A program made the translations under genes and the position numbers. DNA of 64,000 bases, taken from Candidatus Helarchaeota archaeon. Lineage in GTDB: Archaea; Asgardarchaeota; Lokiarchaeia; Helarchaeales; RDOG01. The DNA lies in contig JAHPZH010000004.1 in assembly GCA_019058315.1 (NCBI GenBank), positions 192,001-256,000 on the forward strand. The letters run 5' to 3'. The notes under the pieces are model-generated. The model did not search any database, was not told the DNA's origin, and was given only the letters and a program-made list of their open reading frames with translations. Numbering within the stretch: the first letter of the stretch is position 1; each line of letters starts with the position of its first letter. Of this stretch, positions 49,321 to 59,164 are shown in pieces.

Positions 49321-50601
49321 ATGTCTTGGAAAGAAATAAAAAGAATCGAGCAAATTATCAGAAAGGAACGTGGGGATAAAGCTGTATTTCTCAGACTTGT
49401 AAAAGATAAAGACGAAGTTTCTTCGGTAATTTTTGGTATAGAAGATAAAAATAGTAAAAATTCTATAAAATTAAGTTTAGAAGAATGGGATAGTCTATTA
49501 TCTTTCTTTAACACAATAGATGATGAAATAAAATCACGTCAAAACTCTATAATAGAAGAAGAAAAAGAATACATATCAAATGAGTTGGAAACACAAACTC
49601 CTGCAGAAGTAGGTATTCAAGAACCTCCTGAAACCATCCCTGAAGCTAAAGTAATAGGCTCAGCATTTGAAGAACCTTCCTCAACTGTGACTCTTATTCA
49701 TAAAGATATGACATCTACCCCCGCAGAAATAACCGAAATACCCTCTCCAGAACCTGAGGAAGTAACTGAAATACCCTCTCCAGAACCTGAAGAAGTAACT
49801 GAAATACCCTCTCCAGAACTTGAAGAAATAATTGAAATACCCTCTCCAGAACTTGAAGAAATAATTGAAATACCCTCTCCAGAACCTGAAGAAATAGCTG
49901 AAATACCCTCTCCAGAACCTGTAGAAATAACTGAAATACCCACCCCAGAACCTGTAGAAATAACTGAAATACCCTCTCCAGAACTTGAAGAAACGATTCC
50001 ACCTCCTACAATTGTTAATGAAGACATCGAATCCCCCTCAGAAGTAATAGCAGAACCTATTGAAATAGAAAAACCACCTTTGCCCACTGCAGTTGTTTTT
50101 GAAGAAGAACCACAGATAGAGGCTAAACCAACACCTCCTGCAATTGTATTAGAACATATTGAACCACCATTCGAGAGCAAACCTAAAATTACTGAACCTA
50201 AACCTTCAATTCCGTCTCCTGTTCTAATTCCAGATACAAGTCCAATTAGTCCAGAACAAGATGATCTATTTCCTGAAATGCCACCTGAAGTAAAAGAAAT
50301 TTTTGAAGAATTAGATACTCAAGCAACAGAATTGGAAAAATCTCTCATATTATCTGAGGACGAATTATCCGGTTCAGAACTATCAAAAGAAGTAAAAATA
50401 ACTAAAGCTATGCAAGAGGTAGCAGAACTTATGCCTTCTGGTCCAGCAAAAGAATTTGTTGAACAGATGATTGTAAAAAGAAAAGAGACACAAGATACTA
50501 CTGAAGATGAAAATGAGAAATCAAAAGAAAAGGAGAAAAGCTCGCCTAAAGAAGAAATAAAAAATGATACAGAAGAGGAAGAAAAATTAAAATATTGGTA
50601 A
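49321..50601 (+). CDS. Acidic Pro/Glu-rich protein with a small N-terminal globular domain and 11-aa repeats
   Basis: ATG at 49321 after SD-like GTGA; EIPSPE repeats. Confidence 0.75.
   Translation: MSWKEIKRIEQIIRKERGDKAVFLRLVKDKDEVSSVIFGIEDKNSKNSIKLSLEEWDSLLSFFNTIDDEIKSRQNSIIEEEKEYISNELETQTPAEVGIQEPPETIPEAKVIGSAFEEPSSTVTLIHKDMTSTPAEITEIPSPEPEEVTEIPSPEPEEVTEIPSPELEEIIEIPSPELEEIIEIPSPEPEEIAEIPSPEPVEITEIPTPEPVEITEIPSPELEETIPPPTIVNEDIESPSEVIAEPIEIEKPPLPTAVVFEEEPQIEAKPTPPAIVLEHIEPPFESKPKITEPKPSIPSPVLIPDTSPISPEQDDLFPEMPPEVKEIFEELDTQATELEKSLILSEDELSGSELSKEVKITKAMQEVAELMPSGPAKEFVEQMIVKRKETQDTTEDENEKSKEKEKSSPKEEIKNDTEEEEKLKYW
49726..49989 (+). repeat. 8 x 33-bp coding tandem repeat (E-[IV]-x-E-I-P-[ST]-P-E-[PL]-[EV])
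   Basis: Recurrent gaaataccctctccagaac core at 33-nt spacing. Confidence 0.92.
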
Positions 50602-50612
50602 AAGTTTGACCA

Positions 50613-51515
50613 TTAGCATACTAATCTATTAGCCATTATCTCCCATTGTCTGTCAACCCAATCTTGTAAATATTTGATATCGGTCTTTGTCATTTTAGCA
50701 AATCTTCCTTGAGGTTTAATATATTCTTCTATAGGTTTTCTCTTAGATTTATCTAGACGTGATTTGCTAGGTCCACTCAACTTTGTAACACCATCTTCAA
50801 CTTCATATAAAATCCAAAATCCGGTTTCTACTGCTAATTTACCCATTTCAATTGTAAGTTCAGAAGCGAATCTCCAACCGGGGGCACATGGAGCAAATAT
50901 GTGGATATATTTACAGCCTCTTATATCTTTTGATTTCTTTACCTTGTTATATAGATCAAGTGGATATCCTGTAGAGGCTGTAGCCACATATGGAATATCA
51001 TGAGCTGCGATAATTTGAGGTAAATTTTTCTTATGTTGTTTTTTTCCAAAGGGTGTAGTAGTCGTCCAAGCACCATAAGGTGTTCCACCACTTCTTTGTG
51101 TACCAGTGTTCATATATGCTTCATTATCATAACAAATATATAAAATATCATCCCCTCGTTCAGCTGCACCACTTAGAGCTTGTATACCAATATCGTATGT
51201 TCCTCCGTCTCCTGCCCAACATAAACATGTGATATCGTTTATTCCTCTGGCTTTTAATGCAGTACGAATTCCGGCTGTAGCTGCAGCACCTGCAGCAAAT
51301 GCCATATTAATGAATGGAATAGTAGGTGCAGTTTTAGGATATAGACCAATAACTACATTTGTGCATGAAGCAGGGGCAACTATAATTGTTCGTTCTCCCA
51401 AAGCCTTTAAGGTCCATCTTATAGCAAGCTCAAGTCCACAACCTGCACAACAAGAATTTCCTCTTAAAAAATATTCTCTATTCTCAGTTTTTGCTAATTC
51501 TTTAATAGATACCAT
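50613..51515 (-). CDS. porB: Pyruvate/2-oxoacid:ferredoxin oxidoreductase beta subunit
   Basis: CAGCG, GDGGTYDIG, DNEAYMNTGxQRS, PC..GW. Confidence 0.93.
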   Translation of the reverse strand: MVSIKELAKTENREYFLRGNSCCAGCGLELAIRWTLKALGERTIIVAPASCTNVVIGLYPKTAPTIPFINMAFAAGAAATAGIRTALKARGINDITCLCWAGDGGTYDIGIQALSGAAERGDDILYICYDNEAYMNTGTQRSGGTPYGAWTTTTPFGKKQHKKNLPQIIAAHDIPYVATASTGYPLDLYNKVKKSKDIRGCKYIHIFAPCAPGWRFASELTIEMGKLAVETGFWILYEVEDGVTKLSGPSKSRLDKSKRKPIEEYIKPQGRFAKMTKTDIKYLQDWVDRQWEIMANRLVC

Positions 51516-51528
51516 AATTCTTCACCTT

Positions 51529-52770
51529 CTATTTATGAAAACCTACATATTCAACTTTATTTTCTAATTCTCCTTTCTCTAAATTCTTAAACGCTTGTTT
51601 AATAATCCAACATTGGTCATCAACAGAAACATCTCTACCACCAACCCCACCAATCACAGGCATAACTATAGGTCTTTCTTCAAGATAATAGAGTGCTGAT
51701 TTTAAATCTACAGAAGCACAACCACCATAAAGACTAAACCCCATATTACGTTCCAAGGTAGCAAAAACTTTTATTTTTTTAGCTAAATTTTGAAAATCTT
51801 CAGTTGGAAAAGGTTTATAAGCTCTTAATTTAACCGCTCCAACTTTATAACCTTCATCTCTCATCCTATCTACTGAGTATTTAGCTTGATCTGCTAAATT
51901 TCCCATGCAAACAAGGGCGACTTCAGCATCGTTACATTTATATTCCTCTATCAAAGCTCCATGATAGCGCCCAAATTTTTTCTTAAATTCTTCAGCAACT
52001 TCTTTAATAACAGTTTTTGAATTTAACATAGCTTCATCAATTAGTGAACGAAATTCAAAGTACATAGAACCTGGAGTGGCAGTAGCTCCACCAGGATTTT
52101 GTAAATTGCCATGAGAAATTGGTCTTTCTGGATCTAAAAAGATGTGGGGCCAACCATTTTTCGGAATCTCTGGTAGAAAATCATCCACATCTGCTTGGTC
52201 TGGCATATCTACTGGTGTATTCATGTGGCTTAACATAAAACCCTCTAAACAAACCATTATAGGTAGAAATACTCTAGGATCCTCTGCTATCTTGTAAGCC
52301 TGTATTATTGTGTCAAAGATTTCTTGGTGGTTTGATGCAAAAAGAATAAGCCATCCGCTATCCCTTTCTGCAATAACGTCTTGATGATCTCCCCAAATAT
52401 TCCATGGAGGGGCTATACCACGGTCTGAAATGGCAGTTACTATCGGTAACCTTGTAGCACTTGCCCAATGTAACATCTCTGTCATGTATAATAATCCTTG
52501 ACCTGCGGTTGCAGTAAAAGTCCTTGCACCCGCATAACTAGCTCCTACTAAAAAACCCATTACACTATGTTCACTTTCGACACGGACATATTCCGCATCC
52601 ATTTCTCCAGCATCTACAAAATCGGAAAGTTTTTCTACTATAACAGTCTGTGGTGTGATAGGATATGCCGATATTACTTGTACTTTAGCATATCTGGCTG
52701 CCCAAGCGACAGTTGCATTACCAGAAATTATTCTAGTTGTTGGTTTTAAATCAGATTTTACTTTTGTCAT
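51529..52770 (-). CDS. porA: Pyruvate/2-oxoacid:ferredoxin oxidoreductase alpha subunit
   Basis: AYPITPQT, VESEHS, TATAGQGL, GGRD. Start set at the ATG at 52770, after SD GGAGGA. Confidence 0.93.
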   Translation of the reverse strand: MTKVKSDLKPTTRIISGNATVAWAARYAKVQVISAYPITPQTVIVEKLSDFVDAGEMDAEYVRVESEHSVMGFLVGASYAGARTFTATAGQGLLYMTEMLHWASATRLPIVTAISDRGIAPPWNIWGDHQDVIAERDSGWLILFASNHQEIFDTIIQAYKIAEDPRVFLPIMVCLEGFMLSHMNTPVDMPDQADVDDFLPEIPKNGWPHIFLDPERPISHGNLQNPGGATATPGSMYFEFRSLIDEAMLNSKTVIKEVAEEFKKKFGRYHGALIEEYKCNDAEVALVCMGNLADQAKYSVDRMRDEGYKVGAVKLRAYKPFPTEDFQNLAKKIKVFATLERNMGFSLYGGCASVDLKSALYYLEERPIVMPVIGGVGGRDVSVDDQCWIIKQAFKNLEKGELENKVEYVGFHK

Positions 52771-52774
52771 ATTC

Positions 52775-53113
52775 TTAATCCTCCACTTTTTTTTCACGAA
52801 TTAACGTTATTGCCTTTTTCGGGCATTCATGAGCACAAATTCCACATCCTTTACAGTAATCATAATCAATTTCTGTAAATTCATCATCGCTAATATCAAT
52901 ACAACCTTCTGGACAATAAGCCCAGCACAAATAGCATTTATTACAATTTGATTTATCGATTACTGGACGAAAAGTTCTCCAATCACCTGTCACACCAAGA
53001 CTACCTTCACTGGGGACTGCAATTGGAACAGGTGGAAGATCTTTAACTTTGACTTCATCTGGAACTTTTCGCCAAGCTTTAAACGGTTTTCTTTTCTTTA
53101 CTTCATTTGTCAT
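52775..53113 (-). CDS. porD: Oxidoreductase delta subunit (2x[4Fe-4S])
   Basis: TGDWRTFRP, CNKCYLCWAYCP, YCKGCGICAHECP. Confidence 0.94.
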   Translation of the reverse strand: MTNEVKKRKPFKAWRKVPDEVKVKDLPPVPIAVPSEGSLGVTGDWRTFRPVIDKSNCNKCYLCWAYCPEGCIDISDDEFTEIDYDYCKGCGICAHECPKKAITLIREKKVED

Positions 53114-53132
53114 ATTATCATACTCTCTTTCT

Positions 53133-53732
53133 TTATTTTGAACATTTTAATCTATCATAAGCAAGTTCTACTGCTTTAACATTTAATCCGCCCCATTCAC
53201 CTTTCCATTTAGCTCCTAAAGTGTTAACTAAATATTCTAATTTGACAAGACCAGTAGCCTTAGCCATAGCTCCTAACATAGGTGAATTTACAACACTTTG
53301 CCCTGCAACTTCTAAATTTAATTCAATAGAAATTCCTGTAGCATCTACTGTGCAAATTTTTAATCCATTATTTTTCAAAGTTTTTTGGATTTCTTGCGGT
53401 GATCTTGTAGAATTTAGAATTAATGTCCCATTATCTTTAAGACCATCTAAAACAACCTGACTATATTTTATGAATAAGCTGGGATCTAACACCACAACTA
53501 TATCTGGATTATATATTTGGCTGTGAATTCGTATTTGTTCTTGTGAGATTCGGGCGAAAACTCTAATTGGAGATCCTCTACGTTCTGCACCTATTAATGG
53601 TATAGATTGGACTCCAGCGTAACCCTGCTTATGAGCAGCTTGTATAAACAAGTTTGCAGCAGTCACGGTGCCCTGGCCTCCGCGACCATGCATTCTTATT
53701 TCATAGATTTCCTTTTTTTCCATTTCTTTCAA
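53133..53732 (-). CDS. porC: Oxidoreductase gamma subunit
   Basis: EIRMHGRGGQGTVTA, GAERRGSP, NSPMLGA. Confidence 0.94.
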   Translation of the reverse strand: MKEMEKKEIYEIRMHGRGGQGTVTAANLFIQAAHKQGYAGVQSIPLIGAERRGSPIRVFARISQEQIRIHSQIYNPDIVVVLDPSLFIKYSQVVLDGLKDNGTLILNSTRSPQEIQKTLKNNGLKICTVDATGISIELNLEVAGQSVVNSPMLGAMAKATGLVKLEYLVNTLGAKWKGEWGGLNVKAVELAYDRLKCSK

Positions 53733-53771
53733 CTTCTATAGGGAGATATAAAAATTTTATAAAAATCTCAC

Positions 53772-53800
53772 GCCTTTAAGTTATTTTATAACTTAAAGGC
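53772..53800. promoter_or_regulatory. Perfect 13-bp inverted repeat upstream of the por operon
   Basis: GCCTTTAAGTTAT-TTT-ATAACTTAAAGGC. Confidence 0.6.
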
Positions 53801-54042
53801 ACTTATATTAAAACAATAATAATAAGGACGACAAGGAGAAGAACTATATTTGTGACTGAAAAGTAGTTTTTTATTTTTATATTCAAATTTAGCTCATTCA
53901 ATTTTTAATTTTCTCCAAAGTGTCGTACAATAACTTAAAAACTAATTATAACATAGTTTTAACAAAAATATTTAAAACTTTCTGTTAAATTTCAGAATCT
54001 TATAAAAATAAATAATCTTATTCATGTTAAAAAAAAAATAAT

Positions 54043-54603
54043 TTAAACAAAAATAAAAGTAAATTCCTCGTCTCCGCCAATAAATTCTGATTTTCTTCCC
54101 CATAAAATTATTAAATTAGACATTATTTCAAAGTTCATACTAGTTTTAATTTTTAGTTTTGTTCCTTCCGGGAAATGCCATATACAGTGGCAATCATATT
54201 CTAATTCTTCTTTAGGAGTCCAAGTTCTATAAATATTTTTGTTATTCCTACCTATTTTAAAATCTCCCTTAAAATCGATTAACCAAGTTATGTAGGGCAG
54301 GTCCTCAGAACCTCGATGCCCAATATCAACGTGTACGACCTTTGGATTTACTTTTTTATTATTAATATAATTTTTCTCTTCTCCTAGAAAATTTTGCATA
54401 TTATTCCACAATTTTTCAATTTCTTCATTAAAATCCAATTGATTAGTTTCGTGGCAAAGATTTGCATAGAATCCATCCGGGTCATAATAATCGTATTGTA
54501 ATAATTGGTGGATCTCGCCATCTCTGGCTACGTTAAAATAAGCATAAGCATAAATTGGGGTTATATTTTCGTCAGATTTTTTCTTTCTATTATTCATTCT
54601 CAC
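54043..54603 (-). CDS. Hypothetical protein
   Basis: 186-aa ORF with normal composition; no recognised motif. Confidence 0.65.
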   Translation of the reverse strand: MRMNNRKKKSDENITPIYAYAYFNVARDGEIHQLLQYDYYDPDGFYANLCHETNQLDFNEEIEKLWNNMQNFLGEEKNYINNKKVNPKVVHVDIGHRGSEDLPYITWLIDFKGDFKIGRNNKNIYRTWTPKEELEYDCHCIWHFPEGTKLKIKTSMNFEIMSNLIILWGRKSEFIGGDEEFTFIFV

Positions 54604-54706
54604 TCATCATTTTTTTTCATTTAGTTTAAAACGGATCAAAACATTTTTAGTATGAAAGATCTACTTAAAAAAAGTATAATCTACTATAAATTAGGAAGAT
54701 AATAGC

Positions 54707-55162
54707 ATGAGTCTTGAAAATATAAAAATTGCAGATAGAATAATCTTATTAGGGAAAAAAATTAAGATGGATATCGATAAGACTCTACTGGTAGCGTCTA
54801 GAAAATATAATATGGACTTAACAAAATCGATTTTAAATTATTCTGGCAGTTTAGTTAAAGAAAAAATTGATGAAATAATAAATGAAGAAGCTGAAAAATT
54901 TAGATATATAAGAATTTTAGTTGATTTCGGTGTATGCGAATCGGAACTCGATAAAATATTAAGCTTTGCTAAAAATATTAAAGATAATTTGGCTACAGAA
55001 CTTCCCACAGGATATGATATTTCAAATTTATCAATTTCGGTTAATGATTCTATGAAATTGATTATAATTCAATTTCCAGCCAAATGGGGAGTTGAATTAG
55101 TGGATGATTATAGAAAAAATTTCATGGAAAGATTAAGACAAAATGATATTGTCAAAATTTAA
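54707..55162 (+). CDS. Hypothetical protein
   Basis: 151-aa ORF with SD-like AGGAAGA, co-oriented upstream of sepS. Confidence 0.65.
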   Translation: MSLENIKIADRIILLGKKIKMDIDKTLLVASRKYNMDLTKSILNYSGSLVKEKIDEIINEEAEKFRYIRILVDFGVCESELDKILSFAKNIKDNLATELPTGYDISNLSISVNDSMKLIIIQFPAKWGVELVDDYRKNFMERLRQNDIVKI

Positions 55163-55215
55163 TTAAAACACTATTTTAAACCCTATTTTTAATGTCCACG
55201 ATTGAGTGAATTTTA

Positions 55216-56766
55216 TTGAAATTTAAAATTAAAGATATAAAAGATTTAAGTAATGAAGATTATGAAAAGGCATGGATTGAAACCCAGAAATTACTTAAAA
55301 ATAATGGAAAACTTTTCTCATTAAGTAAAAAAGGCAAATCTCACATTTTATATGATACTATTGAAAAAATCAGAAGAATTTTAATTGACTTTGGATTTGA
55401 AGAAATTGTTTTACCTATGATAGTGGAAGATTCAATTGTTTATAAGGAATATGGTCCCGAAGCAGCATTAATTTTAGATAGATTATTTTATTTAGCCGGT
55501 ATAATACGCCCTGATATCGGAATTTCTAAAAATAAAAAAGAAATGATAAATAAAATTATTGTTAATTTTCAAAAAATTGATTTACTTCAGACTATTTTTA
55601 AGGAATTTAAAAAGGGAAAGATTGAAGCCGATGACTTAATTGAAGAGATGGTTTTAAGATTAGATATCAAACCAGAACAAGCAACTAAATTAATCGATGA
55701 AGTTTTTCCAGAGTTTAAAAACCTAACCCCTGTTCCCTCAAACCTAACCCTACGTAGTCATACTACTGCACTTTGGTTTCCTGTTTTGGAAACATTACAA
55801 AAGAGTTCAGAATTACCAATACAACTCTTCCATATTGGACAAAAATTTCGTAGAGAACAACATTTGGATAAAACTCATCTTTATTCTTCATATACTGCTT
55901 CTCTTGTTATTGAGTCAGAAAATATTTCATTAGATGATGGAAAAAGAATTTCTGCAGAAATTTTTAAAAAACTAGGGTTTGAGGAGGTAAAATTTGAAAT
56001 AAAAAAAGCCACATCAAAGTATTACGCACCTCAAATGGAATTTGAAGTGTTTATTAAACATGATAATGAATGGTTAGAAATTGGGGATGGCGGTTTTTAT
56101 AGTCCTGTAAGTTTGGCTAAATTCAACATAGAATATCCCGTTTTTAACTTAGGTTTAGGAATTGAAAGGTTATGTATGATTGAAACAGGAATAACCGATA
56201 TTCGAGAATTAGTCTATCCTTACTTTTACAAAAAAGCTGATTTTTCAGACGAGGAAATCGCTGAAAAAATTAGCTTTGAAAAAGAACCTAGAACAAAGCA
56301 AGGAAAAGAAATTATGAATTCCATAATTTTAACGGCATTAAAAAATAAAGATAAATCAGCGCCAATAGAAATCCTTGTCTGGAAAGGGGAAATTCAAGGT
56401 AAAAATATTGAAATTACTATTTGGGAATTCGATAAGGGTGCAAAATTAATAGGACCGGCTTCCTTAAATGAGATAATTGTTAGAGAAGGTTCCATTCTTG
56501 GAATATTGCCAGAAAAAAATACTAAAGGTGGCGTTTCGACAAAAATTAGATATCTAGATTCTTTAGCGGCTCATGCTGCGAGAAAAATAGAGGAATTAAT
56601 TAATTCGGATAAGGATGAAATTAAATTAAGATATCGGATTTCAAAACTAGCTTCTGATGTTAATATAAATATTCCACAAGACGTTCGCTATTTCATCACT
56701 TCAAAAAATAAGAAAATTGACCTTCGTGGACCAGTATTTATTGGAATAACAGGAAAGATTGTTTAA
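55216..56766 (+). CDS. sepS: O-phosphoseryl-tRNA(Cys) synthetase, divergent
   Basis: VYKEYGPEAALILDRLFYLAG..RPDIG, TLRSHTT, FRREQ..D..HL, SKYY, YSPVSLA, NLGLGIERL, KKIDLRGPVF. Confidence 0.92.
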   Translation: MKFKIKDIKDLSNEDYEKAWIETQKLLKNNGKLFSLSKKGKSHILYDTIEKIRRILIDFGFEEIVLPMIVEDSIVYKEYGPEAALILDRLFYLAGIIRPDIGISKNKKEMINKIIVNFQKIDLLQTIFKEFKKGKIEADDLIEEMVLRLDIKPEQATKLIDEVFPEFKNLTPVPSNLTLRSHTTALWFPVLETLQKSSELPIQLFHIGQKFRREQHLDKTHLYSSYTASLVIESENISLDDGKRISAEIFKKLGFEEVKFEIKKATSKYYAPQMEFEVFIKHDNEWLEIGDGGFYSPVSLAKFNIEYPVFNLGLGIERLCMIETGITDIRELVYPYFYKKADFSDEEIAEKISFEKEPRTKQGKEIMNSIILTALKNKDKSAPIEILVWKGEIQGKNIEITIWEFDKGAKLIGPASLNEIIVREGSILGILPEKNTKGGVSTKIRYLDSLAAHAARKIEELINSDKDEIKLRYRISKLASDVNINIPQDVRYFITSKNKKIDLRGPVFIGITGKIV

Positions 56767-56801
56767 TTTTATCTTAATTTTAGGAAGTGTAGTCTTTTCT
56801 A

Positions 56802-58379
56802 ATTACTGGAAAGCTTAGTAATAATCGTGAATTTACGCAAAATATCAATCCAGATATTTCAATCCTCAATTTAAGAGAAAAAGAGATCTCTGAAATTGAT
56901 TTAAGAATTCTTCAAAATTGTAAAAATCTTAGAGGTCTATTTTTATCAGATAATAAAATAAAGGAATTAAATCTTGAGCCACTCCAAAAATGTCCAAAAT
57001 TTTCGGATCTTGATATATCTAATAATTTATTTAATTCTGTAAATCTCAATCCCCTACAAAATTGTAAAAATCTCAAGTCATTATTTTTAGATCATAATTT
57101 TTTGACTAGTATTAATCTTAAACCACTCAGAAATTGCACGAAACTTATCGATATTACACTATCTTATAATAAATTTGAAGAAGTGGATTTAAGCCCTTTG
57201 AAAAGTTGTAAAAACCTTGAAACACTCAATTTACAAGATAATGAATTAAAAGAACTTGATTTATCACATTTTAATAACTTCCCAAAGCTTAAATCAATAA
57301 TATTACCAACAAATCAATTGAAAGAGCTTAAATTATATAATTTTCCCAATCTTCACGATTTGGATTTGAGAAATAATAGGCTACCAGATTTGGATATTAA
57401 TCCATTGAAAAACTCTATTAAATTAATGAGGATAAATTTAAATTCTAACCATCTGACCTCTTTTGACTTTCAACCTCTTCAAAATTGTACTAATCTTGAA
57501 TATATTTATTTAGTTGATAATAAAATTAAAAAATTAAATTTGATTTCACTTCCAAATCTTCAAAATCTTAATTCAGGAAGCAATCAACTAAATGAGTTAG
57601 ATTTAACTCCAATCAAATATTCTAAAAAATTATATTCTATTATTTTGAGTAAGAACCAACTACAAGATATAAAATTAGTTGAATTACCTAATCTTGAAAC
57701 ACTTTATCTAAATGAAAATCAACTAAATTCAATAGATTTAACTCCTATTCAAGGTTGTTCGAAATTAAGCCAAATAGATCTATCATTTAATAATTTGAAA
57801 ATAATTGATCTTTCTCCTTTAAAAAAATGTAAAGACTTTCAATACTTAAATTTAAACGATAATCCCTTGGAAAAATTAAATTTAATACCACTAATGTATT
57901 GTTCTAAATTGAGGATTCTAAATTTATTTAGAACCTCTTTAAGCTCTCTGAATTTAACTCCATTGAAGCATACCACAATACAATATCTAGATTTAAGTGA
58001 ATGTAAATTGAAGAGCGTAACCCTATGTCCAATGAAAAATCTAAGTAGTCTTGATTTAAGAATTAATCAAATTTCTTCTTTAGATCTATCTCCACTCAAG
58101 CAAAGTCCTAAACTAAACACTCTATATTTGTTTAATAATCAGTTAAAAAATTTAGATCTCTCTCCTCTACAGTCTTGTATAGAATTACGAGACCTTAGAT
58201 TGACAGATAATCCAATAACATCTTTGGATATTACTCCGCTTCTCGGTTTAAAAAATCTAACATATATTGTAATTAATAATGATACCAAACTTCAAATCCA
58301 AAAATCTAAAAAAAAGAAAAAAATCAGTTCTAAAGTAGTTAGAGATTTAATTAAAAATCGATCTATTGAATGGATTTAA
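56802..58379 (+). CDS. Leucine-rich repeat protein (~22-aa LRRs, more than 20 units); start extended upstream of the track ORF at 57102
   Basis: LxxLxLxxNxLxxLDLxPL units. The frame is open from 56793 with about 4 more LRRs before 57102 but no ATG/GTG/TTG; start is uncertain. Confidence 0.85.
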   Translation: MTGKLSNNREFTQNINPDISILNLREKEISEIDLRILQNCKNLRGLFLSDNKIKELNLEPLQKCPKFSDLDISNNLFNSVNLNPLQNCKNLKSLFLDHNFLTSINLKPLRNCTKLIDITLSYNKFEEVDLSPLKSCKNLETLNLQDNELKELDLSHFNNFPKLKSIILPTNQLKELKLYNFPNLHDLDLRNNRLPDLDINPLKNSIKLMRINLNSNHLTSFDFQPLQNCTNLEYIYLVDNKIKKLNLISLPNLQNLNSGSNQLNELDLTPIKYSKKLYSIILSKNQLQDIKLVELPNLETLYLNENQLNSIDLTPIQGCSKLSQIDLSFNNLKIIDLSPLKKCKDFQYLNLNDNPLEKLNLIPLMYCSKLRILNLFRTSLSSLNLTPLKHTTIQYLDLSECKLKSVTLCPMKNLSSLDLRINQISSLDLSPLKQSPKLNTLYLFNNQLKNLDLSPLQSCIELRDLRLTDNPITSLDITPLLGLKNLTYIVINNDTKLQIQKSKKKKKISSKVVRDLIKNRSIEWI

Positions 58380-58450
58380 TAAAAATAGGAATTAAATTAG
58401 CAAAAATAATTATTATTTATATATTATTAATATTATAGAGGATAACCAAA

Positions 58451-59116
58451 ATGCCGAATGAAGTTGAGAAAAAAAAGCGAAGTTCTGCTTGGAAACGGTT
58501 CATTTATGAGTTTTTTGAACGATCAGCTTATGAACAATGGCATGACGGGGTAAATCCTTATGTAGTTCTCGATTTAGTGGGAGAAGAGCGCGAAGAAGCG
58601 GAAAATATACTAATTGAAAGTGTACAAAAGGGTGAAATGTGGCCTACAGAAGGTCTAGCAGCATTAAAATCTCAAAAAGCATTACCCATATTGAAAAAAA
58701 AATTAACAAATGCCCCTCCACCAACAAACATTCGGATTGCTTTAGCAATTGAAGAGATCGAGGGATCTGGAGAATATGTTTCAGTAATAATTGACGAGCT
58801 TCTTACAGGTTACTCCCCCTACAATAGATTGGAAGCTGCAATGAAGCTTAGGAAATTTCCTACTCAGGAGGTTATTAATGCACTCTTTAAAGGAGTTTTG
58901 GATCCTGATTATCTCGTTAGAAATCACTCATCTGAGAGCCTCCTTGAAATTCATGGTTTTGAACCCGAAATATCCGAACATCGAGAGATTTTTAAGCTTA
59001 TTTGTGCTGATAAAGAAAATTCTGGAGGACAAAATCTGCCTGAGTTATATGAAAAAGCAGCAGAAATGTTGAAAAAATTATTTAAAAATAAAAAAGGTTT
59101 AAAAAAAGGGTCATAA
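58451..59116 (+). CDS. HEAT-repeat protein
   Basis: RLEAAMKL...VINALFKGVLDPDYLVRNHSSESL. Confidence 0.75.
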   Translation: MPNEVEKKKRSSAWKRFIYEFFERSAYEQWHDGVNPYVVLDLVGEEREEAENILIESVQKGEMWPTEGLAALKSQKALPILKKKLTNAPPPTNIRIALAIEEIEGSGEYVSVIIDELLTGYSPYNRLEAAMKLRKFPTQEVINALFKGVLDPDYLVRNHSSESLLEIHGFEPEISEHREIFKLICADKENSGGQNLPELYEKAAEMLKKLFKNKKGLKKGS

Positions 59117-59164
59117 ATACGATATTTTTATTAAACAAAGTAAATAATTAAGAGAAATAATAGA

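Noticed and set aside
49698-50180. Minus-strand repeat ORFs (SSGEGIS..., FLQVLERVFQL...)
   Set aside because: Antisense readings of the 33-bp repeat in the plus-strand gene.
53735-53945. TPP riboswitch ahead of the TPP-dependent por operon
   Set aside because: The conserved CUGAGA and ACCUG...AGGGA cores in the expected arrangement were not found; kept only as an unclassified structured leader.
56787-56792. Pyrrolysine or amber readthrough at GTG-TAG of the LRR gene
   Set aside because: The GTG overlaps the SD-like element, codon-2 readthrough is implausible, and no pyl genes are seen.
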